A DNA stretch of 64,000 bases from Camelus ferus. Its lineage: Eukaryota. Positions 26,701 through 39,474 of the stretch are shown one piece after another (positions within the stretch are counted from its first letter, which is position 1; the number at the start of each line of letters is the position of its first letter). A program made the translations under genes and the position numbers. The notes below the pieces were generated by a model. It was not told the DNA's origin, made no database searches, and saw nothing but the letters and a program-made list of their open reading frames with translations. Location of the stretch: contig NC_045698.1 in assembly GCF_009834535.1 (NCBI RefSeq), forward strand, positions 14,324,001 to 14,388,000. Direction: 5' to 3'.

Positions 26701-28097
26701 GAAAGACGTACATATTTTAAGAGAATATTTTTAAATATCTACATGTTAAAAGTGCAGTGAAGGTACTAAGGCTTTATCACCTTTTCAATATTAAATTACT
26801 TTGTGATAATTGACAAGTTTTTCTTTTATGGACAATATAAGTAGATTATTAAAAGTAGCAAAATGTATGGATCAACATTCTTTCAACATTATTCCTTTCA
26901 TCAATGAAAAAAATGGGTCATCCTTCGCAATGGTTAGTAATGAATGGCAAATACATCCAATTCCAATTTGTTTGTGTTCTACTAGGTCTTTACTACTAAG
27001 AATAATGAAACAAAGTTCCTGCACCCTTGACACTGAGGTTGACATTTACTCTCTCTTGTAGTCCTTATTTCATTAAAATAATATCAGAAGAACTTCTAAA
27101 GGAGATTATGAGAGGTAATTGCTATGGTTCAGTGAAATTTGGAAAATATAAACTCAGACTTCAAAATATCTGTCTACAGAAGTAGAAAACTCCTTTGCAA
27201 AACCCTTGAGTTTAAGGTTTGTTTTATGCTTATGTAAACCTTAGCGTGTTGTACTTGTCAGAAAAACTTCTTAACCTAACAATAACCTTTTGCTATCCTT
27301 CATGTACTGTTGTCCAGACAAATTGTCATGCTTTTCAGCTGAACAAGATTGATGACACAGCAAACTGCCAGTGCAGAGCTTAGGAAAATATACCCTTTCA
27401 ATGAACTTCAGGTCACTCCAAATCACCTCCCTGGGCAGGGATGCCAGTAGTCCCTCAAGGATTTTCATTTACAGGCTGTGAAATGCCAAAGATACAACTC
27501 CAAACATGAAAGAATGAGTTGAAAAAATAAACCTTCTCCTCCAAATACAGTTTGTGTGATTATTTGTTGGTGGGAAGGGAGGGAAGTTTTAAAAAATACT
27601 GAAATACAAAATTAGGATTATGGAGAACTTTTTGATGTACAACAAGTACAATTATCTTTACAAAACCTCTTATTAAATAGAAACATACTATAAATTGTGG
27701 GATTTATTCAGTAATGTTAAAATTTACCACCATACTCGTCATGATTTTTAGCTTTTAGGCTTCAAATATTTGGATATTTTATGCAGAAAAACCCCTCCAA
27801 ACTAAAGCACATCCTCTATGCTTTTCTCTTACTATTACATAACACTGAGTATTTTTAAATTCAGTTATTTATTTTTAGATGGGAGGTCCACTGCTTTAAT
27901 AGTCCAAAACAGTATGTTCACTAGGTTGAAATTTTATTCTGTCATTAAAAGTTGGCATGTGCTTGGAGAACATATAGTATTTAACGTGTTTGTGCAAGTT
28001 TTTCTTCTTTTTTAAATTAGGGGCACAAAACTGTCTTCCACTTTTTTGTATTGTATCCAACCTTTGAAGGACCGGAAAGACTGACCTCATCACTTAC

Positions 28098-28126
28098 CAT
28101 TCTACCCAATCAGCTTCTCTAGCTTC
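28098..28126 (-). other. Candidate micro-exon (29 nt)
   Basis: Minus strand: gttccctcaccttccatag|GAAGCTAGAGAAGCTGATTGGGTAGAATG|gtaagt. Confidence 0.2.
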
Positions 28127-30198
28127 CTATGGAAGGTGAGGGAACATGTAATGAAGGAAAAAAAAGTCAAGAAGATTAGAGCTGCCAGACTAACATGCAT
28201 CTTTACAATTTAGTAGTGTTGAAATGGTGCAGTGGTGCCTACTGCGTAGTCAAAACGTGAACGTATGAAGCACTTATCATGGGAAAGCAGTTCATCAGTC
28301 AGAGAAGAAACCAATTGACTAGAAAATGTTTCTCTATTTGTAATGTTCTTGTCCAGCAAGCAGCAGAGAACATACAAGTATGTGTGTGTGTGTGTACCTC
28401 CAACAAATGGTAAAAAACACATACATGCATAGACAAGTGAAACAACCATACACACCCTTAAACTCTCCCCTACAACATGCTCTTTGTTCCTTTCTTTGTA
28501 CAGATAATCACTAAAATTTGGCCTTGAGGCCACTTATTACGTTCTCTTTGTTACTTTGAACTTTCTTGAAGTAGCCAAGTTGAAAGTGCATTCAAAGTAT
28601 TTTTTCATTGAGTAATCAAACCACCCTGTGATTAACAGTGAAGTAACATAATTTGGTAGTAATGAGAGAATTTCACTAAGATAACTCTCAAGAACAGAGC
28701 ACTAGCATCATTGCTCTGGAGGTTATACAAATAGAGTTGACTGAGCTGCATGACTAAGACACCAACGTACATTCAAATGTTGCCAAGGGGCTGCTCAAAA
28801 GGCAACAAGAATGCAGTGGTCCCCCCATAATCTCGCCTACTTCAGATTATCATTAAAGTATCAATAAGGAATAAATGTGATAAGGAATAAACTTTCTTAA
28901 GATGATTACATATGTATTTTGTACTAAAGTGATCAGTGTATCAGATATACATATTTTTTTTCAGAGCTAAAAATTCTATGACTGTAGATTGTAATAAAAA
29001 GTAAAGAAAATGAGGAGTAGAAGGAATGGAGGAGGAAAGAGAGGAAAAGATAAAAGAAGAATCAAAAGAATAAAGGAAAGTTACCATGTCTATAAAAATA
29101 AATGCTATGCAAACATTCATGACATAACATAAAAAATATCATACATAATTAATACCCTGAATTAGTTCAGATAACTCCGATTTCCTCTCCTCTTTGCTAG
29201 GATTCAACTATGTTCATTTCCCTAATATTGCATTGGTTACCATGTATTTGAAGTATTTTTATATGCCATTCCCTCATGCTAGAATATTAATTTCTTAAGA
29301 GGAGCTTCCTATTTGAATTACTGGTGCCAAGCACTGTGTTTGCTGCAAAATAAGTGTCCGGTAAATATATACTCACTAAGTGATTATAAATAATTAATAG
29401 ATAGATACATGTTTTCTATTTCATTTCTTGGCAAAGATTTTCTTAACTTACATTTGGTAATATATGGTAGTTTTACTATGATTTGTAATTTGAAGTAAGG
29501 TTAGCGGCTTTCAAGCCACTTAATACTGTTAAATGTTCATTTTTGCCTTTTTTTTTGTTTACAAAGATATATCTCATGCCTTTTCATTCAGACTTTAATT
29601 ATTCTAATTATGACACCATGATTTAAAAAGCATTTGTGGAAACTTGGTGTCAGATTCAATCAGCTGGTGGTCAACTGATGTACAATATGTTTTTCCAAGA
29701 CCAAGGAACATCAGTATTTCATGTTACACTCCCTGTGCACACATACACACATGTGCACACACACATACTACAATACTTGTGGAAAAGAGTATTTTGCTAG
29801 TCATGAATTCAACAGGAAAAAAAAAATAAACTGATGTATATTCTTCACATAAAGATATACTTTTTCTGTTTTTAAATTAATAAATTATATTTGATAAATT
29901 ATATGAAATATTAATAAATATGAAATGGGTATTAAAATATTTTTGGAGGGGGTTTCTCAAGGATAAGTTTCATTTTAAGACGAGAAATATGTACAGTGGC
30001 TTCTAATATGCTATTTTTCTCAGTTTTAAGGCTAGTTGTCTGTAAGTTGTTATCTGTTTTTGCAAGTTGCATAAGCTTAGCTTTGATATAATATACTAAG
30101 GTATTATTTCAGTAGTTCAATTTTTTGATCCTTTGATTTGCGGATTTTCTCCTGGCATGAGCTGAATTATGTCTCTCAAAAAAAGACATATTCCAAGC

Positions 30199-30544
30199 GG
30201 AGGGAGGGATAAATAGGCAAAGCACAGAGATTACTAGGGCAGTGAAACTACTCTGTATGACACTATAATGGTAGACACATGTCATTATAAATTTGTCCAA
30301 AGCCATAGAATGTACACCATCAGGAGTGAACCCTAATGTGAAGAATGGATTTTGGGTAATGATGTTGCGTCAATACAGTGCTATGAATTTTAACAAATGT
30401 ATCACTTTGGAGGGGGATGTCGAGTGTGGAAAAAGCAGTATGTAACAGTGAGGGCAGGGGATAAATGAGAAATCTCTACCTTTTGCTCAATTTTGCTGTG
30501 AACTTTAGTTGTCTCTAAAGCAAACAAAGTCTATTAAGAAAAAA
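30199..30544 (+). mobile_element. L1MC1-like 3' end
   Basis: agggcagtgaaactactctgtatgacactataatggtagacacatgtcattata...gagtgaaccctaatgt...aaagtctattaagaaaaaa. Confidence 0.85.
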
Positions 30545-30570
30545 TACATTTATACATATACATTTATATA

Positions 30571-30937
30571 AATCTAACCTCTGTCTCAGAATGTGATGTT
30601 ATTTGGAAATAGGGTTTTTATAACAGTGGTAATTAAGTTAAAATTAGTTTCAGTATGACTAGTGTCCTAATGAAAAATAGAAAACTTGGACACAAAGATG
30701 CAGAGGAAAGAGAAAGTGAAGACACAGGAAGAACTAACTATTAGCTAAGACATGCCTGACACTACCAGAAGCTAGAAGAAAATTAAGGAACAGGTTCGTC
30801 CTCACAACCCTCAGAAAGCACCAACCCTAACAGAATTGATTTCAGACTTTCAGTCTTCAGAAATGTAAGACTATACATCTGTGTTTTACCACCTAATATT
30901 TGGCATTTTATGACAGCAGTTCTAGGGAACAGATACA
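30571..30937 (+). mobile_element. MLT1B/C-like MaLR LTR
   Basis: tcagaatgtgatgttatttggaaatagggt...accagaagctagaaga...ttgatttcagactttcagtcttcagaa...gcagttctagggaacagataca. Confidence 0.85.
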
Positions 30938-31704
30938 CCCCCTTTCTCAGGATTTGGTAAATAGTTTGAATAGCTTTGTCAAAACACATCATACATTTCC
31001 AAAAAGTAGATTACAATTATAACACAACTGATGTACAAAGAAAAGGCCATGGCACACTTTATTCAAGCAAGGATTTAAAATTGGTGCTAACTGGGCACTG
31101 GGAGATAGAATTAGAACCTGTTGCTGTTTTGGGTTGAGATTTAAAGCAAAGAACATATTTGCTGAGGAGGAACAGCAGTAACGGTTGTGAGGGTCAATTA
31201 AGCTGAAGCTGGAAAACAAAGCCATTAAAGGTCTTGAATATCTTAGAATGAAGAAGAGACTCCTCTAACTGGGATGGTGGTCCTTTCACCAAAATTCATC
31301 AAGTCAAGGTGTCCTAAACATAATTACAAGGAAGGAGAAATATAATTATATGAACTGGCACAATAGCTCAGTGAACCCTGCATTTGGCAACATTACAGAT
31401 ATCACAACTAGATTATTCTACCACATGGGCAAGGAAATAATAGTAAAGAGACTAGAAGGTTCACAATCAACAACCCAAAGATTCAGTGGAAAATATAGTT
31501 CAAGGGATACGGAATATACACCGCCACCATTAGTATTCCCATTGCTGGCAACATTCCAACGTACTGGAGCTCTTATTTTGTTGCAAGTACTCTACGTGAT
31601 AATTTACAAATGCTATTTCACTTCAAATAATTCTGATTACATAACCACACACAATATTTGACTCCCTAACATCTATTTGGAACTGACAAAGAGGTAGGCA
31701 TGAT

Positions 31705-32141
31705 TGATGTGCTGATATTCTGTTCCCTCCTAGTAACTATTTCTAGACTGGGCATTTGACCCAATTTTAGTCAATAACGCCCAAGGACAATTTTGCTAGA
31801 GATTTCTCAGAAAATACTTTCTCAATCTTAAAGAGAAAATCCACAGGAATACAGGTCACTTCTACCCTGCTGGATGTGAATAAGAAAGCTTTTGGTCTTG
31901 GAGGTTTCTGGCAGGTAACCTCCATCCATGGGGGAAGCCAGTCTGCATGGACATAGCCAGCACATGGTATAACAGGCAGGAAGGACTGTAAGAGCAACAT
32001 GGGGCAAGAACACAGACGGGTTCAGGCCAGGCACCTGCAGCATCCCTGAACTCTCTCTTTTGTGAGTAAATAAAGTTCCTTGTTAAAGTCTTTTTCAGTT
32101 GGCTTTTCTAAAACTTGTAGTCCAAAGCATGCTAACAAATA
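31705..32141 (+). mobile_element. Old MLT1 (J/K-like) MaLR LTR
   Basis: tgtgagtaaataaagttccttgttaaagtc...ttttctaaaacttgtagtccaaagcatgctaacaaata is typical of the 3' end. Confidence 0.6.
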
Positions 32142-32260
32142 GAATTATTCCAATTTTACACATGAACAAAGCAAATTCAGATGGTGAGTTAAATTGCCCA
32201 TAATCACAAGGCTAGAAGCAAGCCCACTGTCCTTAATCCCAGTCTTGCATAATTTACTAT
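32142..32260 (-). mobile_element. MIR remnant
   Basis: ccaattttacacatgaacaaagcaaattcaga...gttaaattgcccataatcaca. Confidence 0.5.
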
Positions 32261-33619
32261 TTACTCTTCATTCCTTTCTCAAAATATCTAAAAGGAGTCT
32301 TGAATCCGACACTGAGAAGTTTAGATTACCATTCAATGCCTCTCCTGGCTTTTGAATAAAAATGCTTGACAAAAACCCAGCTTTTATTGATGTTTTTTGG
32401 TAGACTTGTAAGATAAGGAGAGAATACAGGAGAGAGAAAGATTACTACACGTTTCTAAATAGTATAAAGACGTTTTGGGGAAAAAAAAGTTCCTCATCTA
32501 TCATGCTTATTTTTCAAAAAAAAATCTTTAAATACTGTACCAATGATTTAATGAAGAATAATATTGAATAATTATTTAATTCTGAATAAGTCAGGTAAAA
32601 CAAACACAATAGTTGTTTTTTCTTTTTCAATTCTAGTGTAAGATACAACATGGTACCATCATAAAATAGAACATTCAAATTGTTTTTGTAGACTTTCCTG
32701 ACTCTTCTTATCTTTTTTTTAAAACTATATGTTGATCACATAGTCAAATGGCAAACAGCAAAATTCTTTAGTGAAATTATAATAGGAAATCTTGGAAAAT
32801 TATCTCACACATTTTTCCTCCCAGTTTTGTTCTTATGCTAGTAATTGAAAAGTACCTATATAAACATTTCTTCTAGTGTTTTGCAACATCAAAAAATCAA
32901 ATGCCCCTGGATAAATACCCTTAATTTGCAGTTGTTGCATTTTGAACATTTCATACTAAAATTTGGAATGACAGCTATTTACATTAAAAAATGTTAAAAA
33001 TGAAAACTCAGAGTTTCTCATTTTAATCTGGTTCTTATCTTTAAAGTTGTCAAGATTTTGGCACAAGCTACCCAAAGAAGTATTGCTTTGCCTGGCGTGT
33101 TATGACAATTTTATTGTTACTATAAAACCTCCCTAGAGCAGAGCAGTGGTCAAATATCCTTAGTTGGATCCTAAGTATTTGGGCTAATAAAACTTTGTTG
33201 CCTGTGAAATACTTTGTTATTTTATTTATTAAAAAAATAGTTTACTTTTGGCCATATTACTTGTTAATAGCTTCATCATGACACTGGAGTAGTTAGCAGG
33301 TGAGCATTAAGAGATATCATTTTGTCCCATGTTCCTATTGTTATTTCCAGAAAGTGTACTTGATAGCATCAAAGCTCTTCTACCTGGTGATTAATAATGC
33401 TCTGAAAAATATGAAATATTTCATGCTCTTGGTCGAAACTCAGGTCTACAGCCCAGAAAAAAGCACACTGAGGTGTAATTTGAGTGTTATAAAATTTCAG
33501 CCTGGAATCAGCTCAGTACCTGATTGGATTAAAATGATGTGTCTCCAGTCTAGCTGTCCATTAGACATGAGAGCAGTGAGTCTCCAGTAGAAAAAAGTAG
33601 TACTACTCATGACATCTAT

Positions 33620-34800
33620 AATTTTTCAAAATTGCCAGGACCAAGAGAATAAAGAGGCAGTAGGAACAGACCCACGTATAAATCTGGTACTGAAGTTATA
33701 AGTAATAGATTTTAATCGCCTGTGAATAATATGTTCAAAATTTTTGAAAGGGTATATTTGACAAGATAATTATAATCTATATAACTATATGGGAATTCTA
33801 GAACTAAAAAAAGAAGTAACATAAATTAACTGAATCAATTATTTAATGGCAGATTGGAAATGACGAGAGGACTAATAAACTGGAAATCAGATCAACTGAA
33901 AATGTACAGCTTAAAAAACAAAAGCCAAAAGGCTCAAAGTTCCCCAAACTGTTAAAAGATATCAAGCCCTTGCTATATAGTTGAAACCCTAAGCAACATG
34001 TAAGTACTCAGAAAACCACATCTAGGCCCATTTTATATTTTATATATATATAACATTCATAAAATAGATATAATATACATATATTTCTTTCAGGGAATAA
34101 TAGACTATTTAAAAAAAACTGAAATGACAGACTAAAAACATCTTTAGTTGAAAGAAATTAACTGCCAAACTATGCTTTTATCCTCAGCACAAGTATTTTT
34201 AATTGTGAAATAAAATACAGAAGTTTTTTCAGAACAGCAGCATTGAATAAACTATAAGGGGATGTCTTTGGCCCAAGAAAAAAAGTATATCAGAAGTAAA
34301 TAGAGATATATAGACATAAATTGAGAGGGAAAAAAGCATAAATATATGTGAAAATACAGATGGATTTTAATTGTATAAAACTATTATAACAATGTATGAG
34401 TTTAAAATAGAGAATTAAAAGGAATGTGCATATTAAGTAGAAATAAATTGTTTTAAGATATCAGCATTTTCTTGAAATTGGCTTTCACATTAAAACAAAG
34501 AAGTCAGTTACGCATTTTGGTATTTTTAGTTTAAATACTAGAAAAAAATAGCTAAAATACTCAAAAAAGGGGGGGATGTATTGCAAAAAAGGCAAAACTG
34601 AATGTTACATAAAACTATAAAACAAATGGGGAAAATAGTATTTAAAAAACACGTAAAACCAAATAGCAGTGATCTACCTTATAGGTAAATGGCACATAGC
34701 TTTTAAAGACAAAATTTATCAGAATAGATAAAAATTAAAATTAACTATGTCCTGTTTACAAAATTTACTTTAAATGTAAAATGATAAAAACTCCTGTGTA
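33620..34800 (+). mobile_element. Highly decayed ancient L1 (ORF1 region, L1ME-type)
   Basis: A-rich; ggaattctagaactaaaaa...aatggcagattggaa...aaactgga...aaccacatctaggcccat...aactgccaaact resemble old L1 ORF1. Confidence 0.45.
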
Positions 34801-34899
34801 GTATAAAAGATAATGCTTTATCATTCTGGTGTATGACACACATATCCCAACTCAGTTATATTTCAATAAATAATTTGGTATTACAAACATTTTAAAAAT

Positions 34900-35900
34900 T
34901 TACATACACATCTACATTTTACTGAGAGATCCTGTTTCCTCAGCCTTACTTTTTCTAGGTTTATCTACCCCTTTATTGCACATAAACTGTTTCTCCTACA
35001 TTTTCTTGCAACACTTCTGTTTTAAACGTAAGTCTTTAAACCTCTTGTAGGTCAAAAGTCCGTTTCCCTGTTCCATTGCACAGTATATTCTTTTCTCACT
35101 GAATCAAAAAATGGCTTTTAACTTCTAGACAATTGTGTTATCCACTTTTGGATGTTCTATTTTGTTTCACTGCTTTCCTTGTGTGTTTTTTGTCATAATA
35201 GTACTGATTAAGTTGGATTTGTAGTATGTTCCAATGACTAATAATATACTCCTGAGAGTTACTACCCAAGTTTTTGTGGTCTTTAAAATTAAACATTAGT
35301 TCTTCAACATATATTTAAGATTATTTTACTTTTATCTAAAGACAAAAAGCACTGTTGTAATTTTACTAAGAATGTATTTAGTTACAAATTAATTTTAAGG
35401 ACTTCTATGATAGTAAGCTTTATATTTCCTGATATTGCACAATCACTTTTTACTTATTCTGACCTAGTTTTATATCTTCCCATTACAATATACAATTTCT
35501 TTATGTAGGTTCTCTGCCAACTTGTTAACTATAATTCTATTTCATTTTATTCTGCATTAAACAGAATGAAATATATTACCTATCTATCTCTAAATAAAGT
35601 GAGAAGAGATAAAATTTTATTTTTAGTAAAGTTTACTCATCAAATATTTCTGTATTTCCAAGAAGTGTTTTATTGGATACACATGAGAAATCCACAAAAA
35701 TAAATCCTTTTATCTCTTATTTTCAAATTTTTATCTTATTTTATTTTATTTATTCCAATTAGTAGAACTTCAAAGAATGTGCTACACAGTAATGAGAATT
35801 ACAGGTAGCCACTTGTATAGTTTCTTATTTTAATTTTAATGATTTTAATGCCTAGGGCTGTTTTATTGAGACAAAAATAAAGGGCATTTGTTGAATAAGA
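34900..35900 (-). mobile_element. Highly decayed L1 ORF2 remnant
   Basis: T-rich; ttctattttgtttcactg...ataatagtactgatt...tttgtagtatgtt pattern of reverse-strand L1. Confidence 0.35.
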
Positions 35901-36595
35901 AAGAGGTTCTTATTATAGTTGGCCACAAATATCACATATGATTTTACAAAATGATCTTTTTAATTCTTAAAATGATTAGCCACAAATATTAATGTGGAAC
36001 AATATTATTTCAATGTCTTCCAAATCTAAGATTCCATCATATATTCACTCTTTCCAAATCAGACAGTATCTTAACTGTGGAATGCTACAGAAAATAACTT
36101 CAAGGATAAGGGGACAATTTATATTTTGTAGACAATACTAAGCTTCATCAAATATTTAGAGTGAAACATAAAATGCAATCAACATTTAGACACTTGGAAA
36201 GATGTTAATATTTTGCTAAATCTTTCAGTCTTTATCCAGATGTCTGGCAGCACATAAGGAAAACAAAACACTCTATGAATAAACTTAATCTCAATTACAT
36301 CCAAATGCCATTTTTCCACTGATTTCCAGTTTTCTTTCTAAGAGAGGATATAATCACAGGTTGGGTGATTGTAGAGATTAACAATCCTGGCTTCTAAGAA
36401 CACACCACTCTAGTTCATTCATTAGGAATTTCAATGCCTGTGCCATTTTAACAAAAACAGAATTAGGTGGCAGTGAAAGCTTTACCAGTTTTGTTCCTGT
36501 GCCGTAGTCATTTTGATATGAACCAAAGTAAAGACAGTGGTCCACTAAGGGTTTATTAATTCCTGATAAAGAAGCAGTCTTTAAAAATTATTTTC

Positions 36596-36700
36596 TCTTT
36601 TTTTCATTATAAGTTATTACAATATATTCAATACAGTTCCCTGTGCTGTACACCAGAAACTAACACAACACTGTAAATCAACTATCCTTCAATTAAAAAA
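36596..36700 (+). mobile_element. Very short 5'-inverted L1 3' end (cetartiodactyl type)
   Basis: 36596-36652 matches the minus-strand copy at 56790-56852; 36644-36700 matches the plus-strand terminus at 54410-54469; A tail and flanking duplication. Confidence 0.85.
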
Positions 36701-37739
36701 AAATGTTATTTTCAGGGAAAAAATGATCACCTATTTTTATATTTTTTATCCAAGTAAATTTTACACCTATTTACTTGTGGTTATTATTAATTTTGCTTTA
36801 ACAATATTTTTCTATTACCATGGAGAAATCACTTTGTTATCTATTAGACACAATTTTTCTCAGATTTCTGACTAATAAATTTTTCCCCTCTAATTTTTGA
36901 TTATCATTTATATTTCTTGAGGAAACACTGAACTCTTTAGGTGTATTTATCAATAAAGACTTTTTCCAATAAAAGAATCTTAATAAATACACACATAATA
37001 CAAATGTGAAGAATGAAAAACACTCCTTGGCTATGCAGTTGGAATATAATTTTGAAACTCTTGTCTGCTCTTGTAACCTTTTGTTTAGTATACTAATTGC
37101 TTTCCCTAGACAGTGCTTCAAAGTTTTTACTAAAGAGAAACATATATTGAGTTCCAATTACAGTAAATCTCTGAAGCTCTGCCACTAAAACCCTAAATTC
37201 AATTAGGACCACCTGGCTATATCTCTATTTTAACTTCCATTACTTATAGCTCTATATCTTAAGCTTAAAAAAAATTTTCCCTGTGAAAGTTTATTCTTTG
37301 TTACCATTATACGTACTAATTTGGGGGGAAAAAAACCACTATTTTCTCACATGTCATGTGACAAATTTCGCTTAGATGTTTATGTCAGAAAATAATTTCA
37401 TAGCACCTAAAATTAGTCCTAATTTCTGTACATTCCACCTCCATTTTTTAAATCCTTTTTCCCCAGTTGCAATTTACTCTCCAGCTTTCAAAGGTACTTA
37501 ATATCCTAAAGTGCTTTATGAACTGCCCCCAAACCACCACTAATATTTGTATTGTGAAAAAAATTGTGTATGTAGATCTGTCATTTACTTGTTAGTATGA
37601 CTATTACATCACACTTTCATACTTTTAGAAATAATTACCTACATAATTATAATTCTAGTTGAGGGGAGTAAATATATATTATAATCATATGATTATGACT
37701 ATTTTCTATAAATCTGAGGATTTTTCTGCCTATTAATAT

Positions 37740-38330
37740 GATGGGTGTCATTAAAGACTAAAATTGCAGGCTGCCACAACCACTAGGAACTGTTGACAGA
37801 ATGATTCAGGAAGGACTCGGACACTCATTTTGTGTGATGTAAAAGATACTCTCATTTAGTAAACTTTGTAGTAGTTTATAAAGCTTTCAGAGCACCAACA
37901 GATTAAAAATGTTTTAAAAGGAATGAATCTACTGATACATTCGAGCATCTGCCACAGGACAACGAAGAGGACATAAGAGACCCAAGTATTTCCACTCTTC
38001 CTGCTGGCTTTCCACCATTGCTAGGGTCCACAAAGCATCAAACTGGGAGTATTGCTAACTGAAACCATGGAAAGACAGGTGGTAATGACTGTTGTAAGTG
38101 TGGAATTTTAATCACTGAAAACAAGACTGAGAAGCTTCTGCAGTTTGGCCACTGGTATACAGACTCAGCTGCAGAGCCAGCTCCAGTTTACAACACAAAG
38201 GAGGATGCGTGGAAGACAGACCACGAGCCAACATGATGGGAGATGAGCTGAGTACCAACACAACAGCTGAAGCTCTGCTTTGTGTTGCTAAAATTGTACA
38301 TCACTTTCTTAAATGGAAAGAGCTAGAAGT
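37740..38330 (+). mobile_element. Probable decayed hAT (Tip100/Zaphod-like) DNA transposon fragment
   Basis: Balanced composition in an AT-rich context; frameshifted open stretches (RNESTDTFEHLPQDNEEDIRDPSISTLP; DELSTNTTAEALLCVAKIVHHFLKWKELEV); family assigned from memory only. Confidence 0.4.
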
Positions 38331-38786
38331 TGTAAAAAAAAAAAAAAAAAAAACCAACAACAACAGAAAAACCAAATAAAGACAAACCTTAAAAATTCCT
38401 TAGGCAGACCAAAACCAAAACCAGCTTAGTCATACAAGAAAACCTTAATGTATTTCACAAGACAAACTTGACCTGGATCATTTCTTATTTACGCTTCTGG
38501 AAATCATAAGTGAAACTTTTTGTCAAAACTAATATGAGGCAACCACTAACCAATTCCATATCATTTAACAAAATATTATCAACAATCACTGTGAAGAATA
38601 AACAGTCAAGGCTTTCTCACTATGTAAGCTGCTCTTAAACAATATATCACTGAGCTTTACTCCGTGTGTCAGTTTGAGTACTCCTGGGTCACAAACTGTA
38701 TTTTTGTCATGTGCACAATAAACCATTATTAATTACTACTTCAGTGACTCATTGGTTTTGATTCTGTTATTTCGGAACTTTTGACA
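38331..38786 (+). mobile_element. Solo LTR (ERV1-like), family not identified
   Basis: TG...CA termini (tgtaaaa...cttttgaca), AATAAA ~65 bp before the end, near-identical 4-bp flanks aagt/aaat. Confidence 0.6.
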
Positions 38787-38813
38787 AAATCAAATTAAAA
38801 CCTGTGCTGAAAT

Positions 38814-38845
38814 TGCATTCAGGTATTAATGCATTCAGGTATTAA
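38814..38845. repeat. Perfect 16-bp tandem duplication
   Basis: tgcattcaggtattaa x2. Confidence 0.9.
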
Positions 38846-38848
38846 CTG

Positions 38849-38850
<2 letters not shown>

Positions 38851-38896
<46 letters not shown>
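38851..38896. repeat. (GT)23 microsatellite
   Basis: Direct read. Confidence 0.97.
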
Positions 38897-38897
<1 letters not shown>

Positions 38898-39002
38898 CAT
38901 ATTTGAGCTAATATAAGAAATGTACTTGTTGCAATAACACAAAATACTTAATGTGTTGTTTCTCCTTAAAGCCCCCCGTTTCTGTGATTCCCCCAGCCTT
39001 AC

Positions 39003-39143
39003 CTTCTTCCCCAGCTTCTAAGAATTCCCAGCAAGCTGAATGGATGCCTTCCGCAGAGATTACGTTGTCGTCACCCACTGGAGTTGACAAGAGGAAATGC
39101 AGTGTCTCCCGTGGGTTGAGTGAAGATGTGTTGAGCTGAGGAC
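39003..39143 (-). other. Candidate internal exon (141 nt, frame-preserving)
   Basis: Minus strand: ttctaat branch-like site, ccttctggtcctcag| acceptor, GAAG|gtaagg donor; open in phase 1. Confidence 0.4.
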
Positions 39144-39474
39144 CTGAGGACCAGAAGGTCCACAAATTAGAACTTGCCTCAGACTCATGCAAAAGCAGGA
39201 CTGAGGTTTTGGTCAGAAGCTGGATCCAAAGGGAGACTGCCTCTCCCATTCCTTTTGATCAATCACTTAATGGCACTCACTTGTGAGTACTATGAGTAAT
39301 GCGTCATGAACGTTGGTATAAAGTATCTGAGGGCAGATTCTTATCAGTTTGCTGTGTCTGCAGGGCTTTAATACTGTCTGAAAAATAGTAAATAAGTATA
39401 TATATATAAATATTATACATAATATATGTATGTATGTATTTCTCTTTCTCTACTATGTTTTATATCCCAGAAGG

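Noticed and set aside
37740..38353. Processed pseudogene ending in the A run at ~38334-38353
   Set aside because: No poly(A) signal or TSD; the A run lies just inside the TG start of the solo LTR and the host frame resumes after the LTR
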